Source: Octopus sinensis (lineage: Eukaryota). Taken from it: 64,000 nucleotides of DNA. Shown one piece after another: positions 54,065-62,524 of this stretch. A model generated the notes under the pieces. It had not been told where the DNA came from and ran no database searches. It saw only the letters and a program-made list of their open reading frames with translations. The DNA lies in the NCBI RefSeq assembly GCF_006345805.1, contig NC_043001.1:103230001-103294000 (forward strand), read 5' to 3'. Made by a program: the position numbers and the translations under genes. Numbering within the stretch: the first letter of the stretch is position 1; every line of letters begins with the position of its first letter.

Positions 54065-54808
54065 TTAAATAATTATTGCTTTAAACTTATTTTTATACCT
54101 TCCATTATTCTTCTTTTTTGTTGTATCTATTGTAAGAAATCCGTAATCTTCACTCCATACTTTATTACAAAGTTTTCTAAATTCTTGATAACTCATATCA
54201 TCATAAGCATAGTCCTCGAATATAAATCTAAGTGATCTCTTATCTTGATAAAATAATATAATTAAATTTGCATTTTCTCTTATAGTTTGTTTAGGTAGTT
54301 TAAAGAAGTTTTGTGAAATATAAAAACAATCAATATTTGAATGTCTTCCTCTTGTATAATAATCTTCACATTTTACTTGTTTTTCTCCAATAACATCATC
54401 AAAGATAATAAGATTCTTTTTAGATCTATCTACTTCAGCAGGATCCATAATATCTTCATTCTTATCAAAGAAAGTAACTGTTACTTCAGGAGTAAATTCT
54501 GCATTCTTTTTTAAATAATCTACTACTATATCAGAATCTACATCTTGGTTTTGAAATAGTTTTAATACTCCATCTTTAGGAAGTATCTCTAAATTCTTTA
54601 ATAATTCGTATTCTTTTTGAAATAAAGATTTACCATAAACCATTAAATTATTATAATCTAAAAATCCTTTTTGCAATAATAAATTCATTAAAAGATTTGT
54701 TTTTCCACATCCTGATTTCCCTACTATAATTCCTCTGATACTCCTTGGTAGATTTATATGATTATTTCTTTTTATTTTATGTCTGCTAGATAAATTTTCT
54801 ATCTCCAT
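54065..54808 (-). CDS. A32/FtsK-like genome packaging ATPase, 247 aa
   Basis: Walker A GKSGCGKT, Walker B LIIFDD, and the TRGRHSNIDCFYISQNFFKLPKQTIRENAN signature. Confidence 0.93.
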   Translation of the reverse strand: MEIENLSSRHKIKRNNHINLPRSIRGIIVGKSGCGKTNLLMNLLLQKGFLDYNNLMVYGKSLFQKEYELLKNLEILPKDGVLKLFQNQDVDSDIVVDYLKKNAEFTPEVTVTFFDKNEDIMDPAEVDRSKKNLIIFDDVIGEKQVKCEDYYTRGRHSNIDCFYISQNFFKLPKQTIRENANLIILFYQDKRSLRFIFEDYAYDDMSYQEFRKLCNKVWSEDYGFLTIDTTKKKNNGRYKNKFKAIII

Positions 54809-54833
54809 TTTTCTAGGAATGTTTAATTCTAAC

Positions 54834-56093
54834 CTAACTAATTAGATTAAATCTTCTATCTGATGAATGAAGACTAAGTTCGATATCAGATAAAAGTGTT
54901 GCAAAAACTTCTACACCTGTTCCTGGGGCTGAATTAAAAGTTGCTTTAATTTGGATATCCATATTACTAACTCTAGTTCTATCATCATATTTAGAAATAT
55001 CTATTACATAGATAGGATAAAGGGATTTAAAGGTGATATAAGAGAAAGAAGGTGGTTCATCAGTATCATAAAAATTCTTTTTGAAATCATAAGATTGTTT
55101 AAAGATTCTAGAGTATTTTTCTTCAGGATAATCAATTTCTATATCATGATTAGGATATCTTCTTGTATTAATCTCTACAAGTATCTTTTTTAGTTCTAGA
55201 TTAGAAAAGTTAGATTTACTAAATAGATTATTCTTTTGCATCCCAATTACAATATATCTAGGTGTTCCTGTAGTATTTTGTAGATTCCAACTTAGATTAG
55301 TAGAATTAGCAGCAGGAATAAAAGTTTGTGTGTTTCTACCTCTGAATAGAATCTTTAATATCTTCTTTTTATCAATCTGATCATAGAGTTTAATTTCTGT
55401 TTCTAGTGAAGGTTTAATAACTGGGATAAATAAAGACATCTTAGAAAGAGATAATTTAAAATCTGTTTTATTTTCTCCTTTCATCACTTGAAGAGATTCA
55501 TGATTTACTAATCTTTTTAATCTAAATGTTTGTTGTACTCCATACAAAACTTTTTTATAATCTTCCATAAACCCAAAGATATGATCCAGAGGAACATTAA
55601 AACTAAATTTCTTAAATCTAGATCTTAATACCATAGAATTATTTGATTCATTTGCATTATAATCAATATCAGGAAGCCATGACATACTTAATCCATTAGA
55701 AGAACTTTGTGGAATAGAATATTTAAACATCCCTAACATAGAAGTAGTTTGTCCTGGTCTGTCTATATCTTCTACTACATTCCCATTAATAAGATAAGTC
55801 ATTCTTTCAAAGAGATACATCATAGAATTATTAATCAAACTAACTTTTTCATAATCTGCTGCAGCAATATCTGTTCCATCAGACTTTGTTAGTTCTCCTT
55901 CAAAATAGAGATAAGCATCAGAAGGAAAAGTGATTAAATCTTGTTGCTGAATTACAATTTCTTTATTCCCTGTTGTATTAAGATTAGTAGTATTAATAGG
56001 AGGAAACTCTACGTACTCAAATTCCTTTATACTATTATCAGAAAAGAGAGAATGTTCACTATCATAGATATCAAAGATTTCTTTAGTATTCAT
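54834..56093 (-). CDS. Major capsid protein (double jelly-roll), ~420 aa
   Basis: Track ORF 54834-56156; likely start is the ATG at 56093. Size, position beside the ATPase, and motifs (EFEYVEFPP, FYFEG..., PRYIVIGMQ, RRYP, PIYVIDIS) fit the Polinton/adintovirus MCP. Confidence 0.85.
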   Translation of the reverse strand: MNTKEIFDIYDSEHSLFSDNSIKEFEYVEFPPINTTNLNTTGNKEIVIQQQDLITFPSDAYLYFEGELTKSDGTDIAAADYEKVSLINNSMMYLFERMTYLINGNVVEDIDRPGQTTSMLGMFKYSIPQSSSNGLSMSWLPDIDYNANESNNSMVLRSRFKKFSFNVPLDHIFGFMEDYKKVLYGVQQTFRLKRLVNHESLQVMKGENKTDFKLSLSKMSLFIPVIKPSLETEIKLYDQIDKKKILKILFRGRNTQTFIPAANSTNLSWNLQNTTGTPRYIVIGMQKNNLFSKSNFSNLELKKILVEINTRRYPNHDIEIDYPEEKYSRIFKQSYDFKKNFYDTDEPPSFSYITFKSLYPIYVIDISKYDDRTRVSNMDIQIKATFNSAPGTGVEVFATLLSDIELSLHSSDRRFNLIS

Positions 56094-56124
56094 TTTCTTA
56101 GCGAGTTTTTTAGTAAAAAAAATA

Positions 56125-56451
56125 TTAATTAATGAATTTAATAGAACTTCCTGCAAACATATTTTCTATAACTGAAGGATCATAAGAAGGTTGCTCTAAT
56201 TTAGGTTGTTTAACTCTTCTAGGTTTTGCTTTAGGTTTTATCTTATTAGATATAGCATTAACTATTTCTTCTGCACCCTTAGATGCAGCAGCTTTAATAG
56301 CTGTTTCTGCTCCTGTTTTCATTAAAGATTTTGCTGTTGTAGAGGCTAAAAGTTTTGCAATAGCACTCATTATTCCTTCACCCTCCTGGGTAGCTTGTTT
56401 TATTTTTTCTTGTTTTTCTTGTTTCTTATTTTTTCTCTTTTTAATATACAT
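56125..56451 (-). CDS. Small basic core/membrane-active protein with amphipathic helix (cupiennin-like), 108 aa
   Basis: K-rich N-terminus, then GEG followed by IMSAIAKLLASTTAKSLMKTGAETAIKAAASKGAEEIVNAI, an amphipathic helix. Confidence 0.55.
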   Translation of the reverse strand: MYIKKRKNKKQEKQEKIKQATQEGEGIMSAIAKLLASTTAKSLMKTGAETAIKAAASKGAEEIVNAISNKIKPKAKPRRVKQPKLEQPSYDPSVIENMFAGSSIKFIN

Positions 56452-56501
56452 TTTAATTAGTACAAAATAAGTTATAAAAAAGTAAAATTTAGTAAATTAA
56501 C

Positions 56502-57257
56502 TTAGGTAAAAAGTAGGTTGTTTATTTTAAGAAAATCTACTTTTTCTATCTTACCAGTTTCATAAAGATATTTTAAAATATCAGAAATTTCATTATTTAC
56601 ATTATGATTTCCTGCTTGTCTTGCACCTAGTAAAAGTTCTAATCTTTGGGTTAAATATTTAGGATCAGAAATAACAATTCCTTCACCTGCTATCATATCA
56701 TTTTCTTCTATTTCTTCTATAATAGGTTCAAAAGTTCTTGTTTGATTTTGTATCATTTTATAAATTTTATAGTCATTAGAATTAAATCCTCCCCTTCCTC
56801 TTGAATTACTAAAAAAGTTTAATTTAGATGCTAGGGTATAATAAGTACTTTTTTCTTCATTAGATAAATCTGTAATACGAATATCCTTATCTCTAGAAAT
56901 TAATTTATAAAGATTTTCAGTCATTGGAATTTCTTCGTTATTTATAATTAGATTATCTCCTTTAAAGAAAAGTGGTTCATCTTTTAAATAAACTCTATCC
57001 CCAATTAATTTAAAAAAGGTATTTAGATTATTTTTTAGTGTTCCTTTTGCTAAATATTTAGACCCTAAATTACTTGGAGAAACTGTAATCGGAAGAGTTT
57101 CTGATTCTTTTAAACTTTCTATTGCTGAGATAATTGGTTTTTGCTGTTGCATTAAATCTTGATAATCATAAAAATCATTCATCTTTTTTTCTTTTGAGTC
57201 ATGATATAATTTCTTTCTTAAAGATAACACTTTTTTCATCTTATCTAGTTCAGTCAT
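56502..57257 (-). CDS. Conserved Polinton-type protein of unknown function, 251 aa
   Basis: Intact ORF in the structural block. The C-terminal AGEG...LTQRLELLLGARQAGNHNVNNEISDIL motif is of the kind recalled from Polinton ORFs. Confidence 0.6.
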   Translation of the reverse strand: MTELDKMKKVLSLRKKLYHDSKEKKMNDFYDYQDLMQQQKPIISAIESLKESETLPITVSPSNLGSKYLAKGTLKNNLNTFFKLIGDRVYLKDEPLFFKGDNLIINNEEIPMTENLYKLISRDKDIRITDLSNEEKSTYYTLASKLNFFSNSRGRGGFNSNDYKIYKMIQNQTRTFEPIIEEIEENDMIAGEGIVISDPKYLTQRLELLLGARQAGNHNVNNEISDILKYLYETGKIEKVDFLKINNLLFT

Positions 57258-57271
57258 TTCTTTAGAATAAA

Positions 57272-57679
57272 TTATAATAAATAATGTAAAAGATCTTTAA
57301 ATTGCTTTATAGTTGTAGGATTCTTATTTAAAATAAATATACAGAGATGTCCACAAATAACAGAATTATCTGGTTGTAATATTAAATTATTATAGAATAC
57401 CCCTTTATAAGAGTTTACATTTCTAATATAAGTTAAGAATTCTGGAGGTGGAATTAACCCATAAGAATCAAAATATAGTACTAAAGAATTCTTTTTAATC
57501 CAACAAGTCCAATGTGTTCCTTGATTTTCTGATGTATCTAAATTTAGTACACCTGATTCTTTTTCTTTAGGAGTAATATCTTTTAATTCATCTCTCATAA
57601 AACACCCTCTATAGGCTTTATTTTTTACTAATTTATTCATATCTAAATTTGTTAGTGATTTATAAAATATTGGATCCAT
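57272..57679 (-). CDS. Adenain-like (adenovirus C5-type) cysteine maturation protease, 135 aa
   Basis: VLNLD...GTHW, YFDSYG, LQ...CGHLC supply the catalytic H, D, Q and C residues. Confidence 0.9.
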   Translation of the reverse strand: MDPIFYKSLTNLDMNKLVKNKAYRGCFMRDELKDITPKEKESGVLNLDTSENQGTHWTCWIKKNSLVLYFDSYGLIPPPEFLTYIRNVNSYKGVFYNNLILQPDNSVICGHLCIFILNKNPTTIKQFKDLLHYLL

Positions 57680-57709
57680 TTCTTTTACTTTATATTTTTA
57701 ATTAATTTA

Positions 57710-58303
57710 TTAGAATAATTTAATAATATCTCCTATCAGTGGAACATTTTTAAGGAAATCTAGAAATCCATCTCCTTTCCTCAAATACAATCCTTCACCG
57801 CTATAAATCCCATTATTTTTAAACATTCCAGGTCTTCCTATAAAAGGAACAATCTTAAATCCATTTCCCTCACAACAACTTACTTTAAACAAACTAGATC
57901 CTTTTTTAAGATAAAGTCCACTTCCAATATTACAATTACCACTTCCCATTACTTTTTGTACACCTGTTTGTGCTAACCCAGAAAGAGCTCCTACTCCTAA
58001 TGCTGGAAGAATTTTACTAGCAATCACTGGTAAAAATCGTGATGCAAGTCCTGCAAGCATACCAAGAAATCCACCATGCTTAATATTATATTTTACTTGT
58101 GCATCTGATAAAGTTAGTTTTACTCCTTTTTGTTTTATGATCGCATCATTAACTTTTTTTAGTTGTGGTACAGTAAGATAAATATCTGACCCACCTTGAA
58201 CTAAATCAGGGTAAGCAAATATAAGTACTATCTGACCTGACTGTTTTTCTATTTTTTCTTTTTGTTGTTCTGAAACATAAACTGAGAATTTTTTGTAAGC
58301 CAT
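57710..58303 (-). CDS. Glycine-rich putative core/membrane-penetration protein, 197 aa
   Basis: HGGFLGMLAGLASRFLPVIASKILPALGVGALSG hydrophobic/amphipathic segment, plus several GxG motifs. Confidence 0.6.
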   Translation of the reverse strand: MAYKKFSVYVSEQQKEKIEKQSGQIVLIFAYPDLVQGGSDIYLTVPQLKKVNDAIIKQKGVKLTLSDAQVKYNIKHGGFLGMLAGLASRFLPVIASKILPALGVGALSGLAQTGVQKVMGSGNCNIGSGLYLKKGSSLFKVSCCEGNGFKIVPFIGRPGMFKNNGIYSGEGLYLRKGDGFLDFLKNVPLIGDIIKLF

Positions 58304-58335
58304 TTTTTAAAAGAAATAAAATTAGTTAAAAGAAG

Positions 58336-59064
58336 TTATTCTTTTAAAATAAATCTCAAATCCACAAGCTCTCTGTTATTATTAATTAATTCACCATTTT
58401 GATCTGTAATTCTAATATTAATTCTTGAAATATTTCTTGAAGAAGTTGGAAGAAAAACTGGATTAATAATATCTTTATTTATCTTAAATCCGAATTGAAC
58501 ATTAGGAAAGAAGGAATAAATGATTGGTTTTTGAACTCCATTAACTGTTGATCCTTCAATGTTACTAACTTCTACATTTATAATATTTACTGAAAGAATA
58601 TCAACAACATTATCTGAAGTTGTTGGAGAGGATTGAATTAAATTATTTTTGAAACCTAAAATCTTTTTTAATTTATCATTTAAAGTTACACTAACAAAAG
58701 GTGTTTTAAAAGTAATTATTGAATGTCCTGTTGTTTCTACTGGTTTTACTGAAAATACATCATCATCTGTAACTCCTTTATCTTTAATTTCATCTACTAA
58801 ATAATCGTTTAATTGTGTAATATCATATGATCCATTTGGAATATTAATATCCATTAAAGAATTTGCTGATTTTAAAGAAATACTACAATCTACCATATTA
58901 TGAATTGCATTATAAGTTGAAATATAATCTAATGCCATTCTAGGAATATTTTCAAATTCCAAGGCTGGTGAAAAATTTATTGTATATTCTGTTCCTCTAA
59001 AAGATGCTCCTATCATTTCATTTTTCTTTTGCTTTACTTTTACATTCAGATATTCTTGATCCAT
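58336..59064 (-). CDS. Minor capsid protein (penton, single jelly-roll), 242 aa
   Basis: IPNGSYDITQLN, LKKILGF, NVEVSNIEGSTVNG...IIYSF and ISRINIRITDQNGELI match the Polinton penton pattern. Confidence 0.8.
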   Translation of the reverse strand: MDQEYLNVKVKQKKNEMIGASFRGTEYTINFSPALEFENIPRMALDYISTYNAIHNMVDCSISLKSANSLMDINIPNGSYDITQLNDYLVDEIKDKGVTDDDVFSVKPVETTGHSIITFKTPFVSVTLNDKLKKILGFKNNLIQSSPTTSDNVVDILSVNIINVEVSNIEGSTVNGVQKPIIYSFFPNVQFGFKINKDIINPVFLPTSSRNISRINIRITDQNGELINNNRELVDLRFILKE

Positions 59065-59081
59065 TTTTAAAAGAAATAAAA

Positions 59082-59453
59082 TTAACTGTATATCCCTAAA
59101 CCTAAAGTATTTTTTGCTCCTATTACGTTTCTAACTATATTTCTTTCTACCCATTGTTTTGGATTTGATACTTTTAAAGACTCTAATTTTTTTAACATTT
59201 GGGTATCGCATATTTTTCTATTTTTGCTATCTCTATAACAAATATCATGTTTCATACAAATTCTATCTAATCCATTTCTAGGAATAGAATGTGGAAGAGG
59301 ATTATCATTTTCATCTAATCTTTTTTCTAATTTGGTTCCAGGACCACAAAACTTATATCCTGGTAGGTGCATTTCAAATGGTAAATCTGTCCATCCATTT
59401 CCTTTATATTTTTTATTAATTTGTTTTGTTTTATTTCCTTTTTTATAATACAT
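59082..59453 (-). CDS. Parvovirus VP1u-type phospholipase A2 (PLA2X), 123 aa
   Basis: Ca-binding loop GYKFCGPGT and catalytic NGLDRICMKHDICY (HDxxY). Confidence 0.88.
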   Translation of the reverse strand: MYYKKGNKTKQINKKYKGNGWTDLPFEMHLPGYKFCGPGTKLEKRLDENDNPLPHSIPRNGLDRICMKHDICYRDSKNRKICDTQMLKKLESLKVSNPKQWVERNIVRNVIGAKNTLGLGIYS

Positions 59454-59486
59454 TTTTAAATGTTCATTTTTAGTTTTTAAAACTAA

Positions 59487-59687
59487 TTAAGTTTGTTTAG
59501 TAACTTTTTTTAAGCAGTTTACTTCTGTAAATGTTCTAAGTTGTTTTAGTATTTTTTGTAATTTTTCTAGGTATTCCTCTTTTAAATAATTATCTTTTAT
59601 ATATTTTATTTTCTCTTTCAGGTATTTTATCATCTCACTAAGTTGTTTTATTTTTGTAATAAATTTCGTCAAAAATTCTTCTCTCAT
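59487..59687 (-). CDS. Small basic helical/coiled-coil protein, 66 aa
   Basis: ATG-initiated ORF in the same-strand gene array with the same A-rich start context. Confidence 0.5.
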   Translation of the reverse strand: MREEFLTKFITKIKQLSEMIKYLKEKIKYIKDNYLKEEYLEKLQKILKQLRTFTEVNCLKKVTKQT

Positions 59688-59702
59688 TTTCTAGGGATTT
59701 TT

Positions 59703-59921
59703 TTAGCATTTTCTTTTTTTAAAATAATCAGGATTTCTTTCCTTAAATTCGTTAAATGCTTTTTTATATTTTTCTTTATTTAACTGATAATGCTTCTGTT
59801 TTCTTGGTCTATCACAATCTATACATTTTCCTCTATACCCATCTACACAATTTTTTTCTTTATGGAATTCAGAATGCAGTTTGGTCTTTTCACAATATTT
59901 GCAATATTTTTCATTGATCAT
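59703..59921 (-). CDS. Small Zn-ribbon protein, 72 aa
   Basis: CKYC...K...EF......CIDC resembles the N-terminus of the 138-aa ORF at 52945. Confidence 0.6.
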   Translation of the reverse strand: MINEKYCKYCEKTKLHSEFHKEKNCVDGYRGKCIDCDRPRKQKHYQLNKEKYKKAFNEFKERNPDYFKKRKC

Positions 59922-59985
59922 TTTTTAAGGAATAATTTTGAGTAGATTTTTTTTAACATAAAAATTTAATTTTTTTTAAGGGTTG

Positions 59986-60292
59986 GGTCACGTGACTGAT
60001 CGGTGAACGTATGGATGAGTCATAGAGTCACATGATTTAGAAGGTGTCACGTGACTCCTCTAAAAATGTTGGCGATCGAGAGCTATTTTTTATTGGTGAT
60101 ATTTCTGGAAAAACTTCGGTTAAAAAACGGATTTGAGGGATTATTTATAAAAATGCGGTAAAATAGCATGAATATTAGGGTATTTTGCTGATTTATCCAT
60201 AAAAAGTGTTGTTAAAAGTGGTTTTTTGGCTACTTTTTTTGAGAAATGATGTGATTTTTTAGGTGAACTGCGCTGTACTCGTCACGTATTAC
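59986..60292 (-). repeat. Right terminal inverted repeat of the virus
   Basis: Ends ...GCGCTGTACTCGTCACGTATTAC(T); mirror of the left TIR. Confidence 0.95.
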
Positions 60293-60634
60293 TATCTCTA
60301 TTTAGATGTTAATTTTAATCTTATTACAGGTAAAACACAACCATATCATAAACTTAATGAGAACCTTAGATATATAAATGTTAATAGTAATCACCCATTT
60401 TCTATTAAAAAATCGTTGATTAATAATATAAGTAAACGTATTTCATTACTCTCTTATGATATAGAGATTTTTAATAAACATGCTAATTATTATAATGAGG
60501 CCCTTAGAGGGGCAGGTTATAATAGGAATATTAAATTTTATAATATTAGTGATAAAGATTTAATTGATAATTTTCGAGATACTTCTAATAATAATTATAA
60601 TTTTGTTAGGTTTAGTGGTAAAAATAATAGATAA
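60293..60634 (+). pseudogene. PLE RT continuation (thumb region) after the virus
   Basis: YLDVNFNLITGKTQPYHKLNENLRYINVNSNHPFSIKKSL directly follows the RT motifs left of 49000. Ends at TAA 60632-60634. Confidence 0.88.
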
Positions 60635-60639
60635 TATAA

Positions 60640-61608
60640 AAAAATAATAAAAATGATAAAAATATAAATAAGAATAATAATAATAATAATAAATATAATA
60701 ATAATAATAATATAAATAAGAATAATAAAAATAAAAATAAATTTAATAATTATTATAATAATTATATTGATAAAATTAATAATATTAATAATTCCTTAAA
60801 TGCTGTACATAGATATAATTTTGATAATAATTTTAATAAAATAAAGAATTATAAATATATTTATAATAATGATAATAATAATAAGGTTATTAAGAATAAA
60901 ATTTGGTTAATAGTTCCTTATGGAGATCAAGTAAAAACGAATATTATTAAAGAAATTTTAGATGTTATAGAACTATTTATTAGAGTTAATCGTAAATATA
61001 GAAACATTTTCTCTTTTAATAATTTTGGAGTTGGTTATTCTACCACTAATAATGTTGGTAACATTATTTCTTCATTTAATAAATATAAACTGAATAATTT
61101 TTATAAAAAGAAATTATTTGATAATAATATTAATAATGATAAGACTTATATTAATTGTACATGTAGAGATAAATCTAATTGTATATTAAATAATAATTGT
61201 GATATTAACGATGTAGTGTATAAATGTATAGTTACATTACATGATAATAACTTTAAGAATAATAATTACCCAAAAGCGGTTTATATAGGTTCTACTTCCT
61301 CAAAAATAAAACTAAGAATCGCACAACATATGAATTCTTTTAAAAATAAAAACTTAATCAACTCAACTGGACTTAGTAAGTACATTTGGAGTCTTAAATC
61401 ATTAAATATTAATTATAGTTTAATTTGGGAAATAATTTGTAAAACTAAATCATATACTATAGGAGCTAATTGTTGTTATTTATGCTCTAATGAGTTTAAA
61501 GAAATTTTATTTTATAAGTATGATAATTTACTTAATACTGGTGAAGAGCGCAAAATAAAATGCAGACATAAGTTACTTTACCTATATAATAAGTTTCATG
61601 ATAAATAG
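60640..61608 (+). pseudogene. PLE Asn-rich linker plus GIY-YIG endonuclease, frameshifted relative to the RT
   Basis: Open frame from 60640: IWLIVPY...TNI, CTCRDKSNC...C, VVYKC...YIGST, R...H..SF, LSKYIWSLK, CYLC..E, LN...E...CRH. Confidence 0.88.
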
Positions 61609-62524
61609 CAATAATAGTTCCCTATTAGGTTACTTTAGTTTAGTTTAAATTAGTTTAGATAATATATTTTTTGGTATGTAGTCTAGGCTTTAATTATAGT
61701 TAGTCTTTATTGATATTTCTTTGTTTTAATTAGTTCATTTTTAATGTATATTAATATAACAGTTTATGGTATGTTAAAACTTTAATAATTTATATTAGAT
61801 TTTTTTATTTTCTTTATTATATATTTTTTTATTTTATTTTATTTTATTATGTATTTTTATTATGCATTTGTTATATGTATTTTGGAGGATATATTTATAT
61901 GTTGATGGGTGTTATTTAGTGGTGTTTTTATTGAGTTTTGTATGTATGTGTGAATGTTTACGATCCCTTTGTTTTTTGTTTTTTATTTGGTATGTTGAAT
62001 TGACAGATTTTATTTGGGTATTGTCTGTTATAATAAAGTATACACACCCATAACAAATATAAGTGCCCACTTCATTCGCGCGTACCTGGAATTGCATGTG
62101 AGCCTCAACATATACACCAAACGGCCACTCCATCACCATACGGACGAATAAATACATACATCCCCAAAAATGGGCGTAATCCCACTCACACCAATCATAT
62201 GTATACAATTATACACACTAGAATAATACATAACTAACCCAAATATACAGAACATATTAAAAATCACCAACAAACCACCATCACAAATGAAACCTACACC
62301 CATACAATGACAAAACTCCCCCCTCCATACCCAATTTACACCCACATAGCAATCCCAATATATTCATCCATACATGGACGCACGTGCGTGAAGCACATGC
62401 ACACAATAAATACGTACAACCCCCCAATACACACTCATATACATACGTATCAAGCTCGACATCCACAGCAATACGCTTACACCCACTCACACCCAGATGG
62501 GTGAATTGCACAACCAGGGAACGC

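Larger units (their letters stand above)
49001..60292. mobile_element. Endogenous Polinton/Maverick (adintovirus)-like dsDNA virus, 11,292 bp, complete between TIRs, no integrase gene
   Basis: Bounded by ~306-bp inverted repeats. Contains pPolB, ATPase, MCP, penton, adenain and PLA2 ORFs, tightly packed in two convergent blocks with no room for an rve integrase. Confidence 0.93.

Noticed and set aside
54951-56132. Small plus-strand ORFs antisense to the MCP gene
   Set aside because: Shadow ORFs of AT-rich coding sequence with no motifs.
60263-60292. Start of the 123-aa ORF (MNCAVLVTYY)
   Set aside because: These codons lie inside the right TIR; only the part from 60293 is PLE RT.
48995-60298. 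6-bp target-site duplication of the virus
   Set aside because: No matching hexamer under any boundary tried (TATAAT/TATCTC, TTATAA/ATCTCT).
47798-61608. Selenocysteine (in-frame TGA) recoding as reported for some Naiad PLEs
   Set aside because: The only interruption besides the virus is TAA plus a frameshift; no in-frame TGA was seen in the conserved domains.
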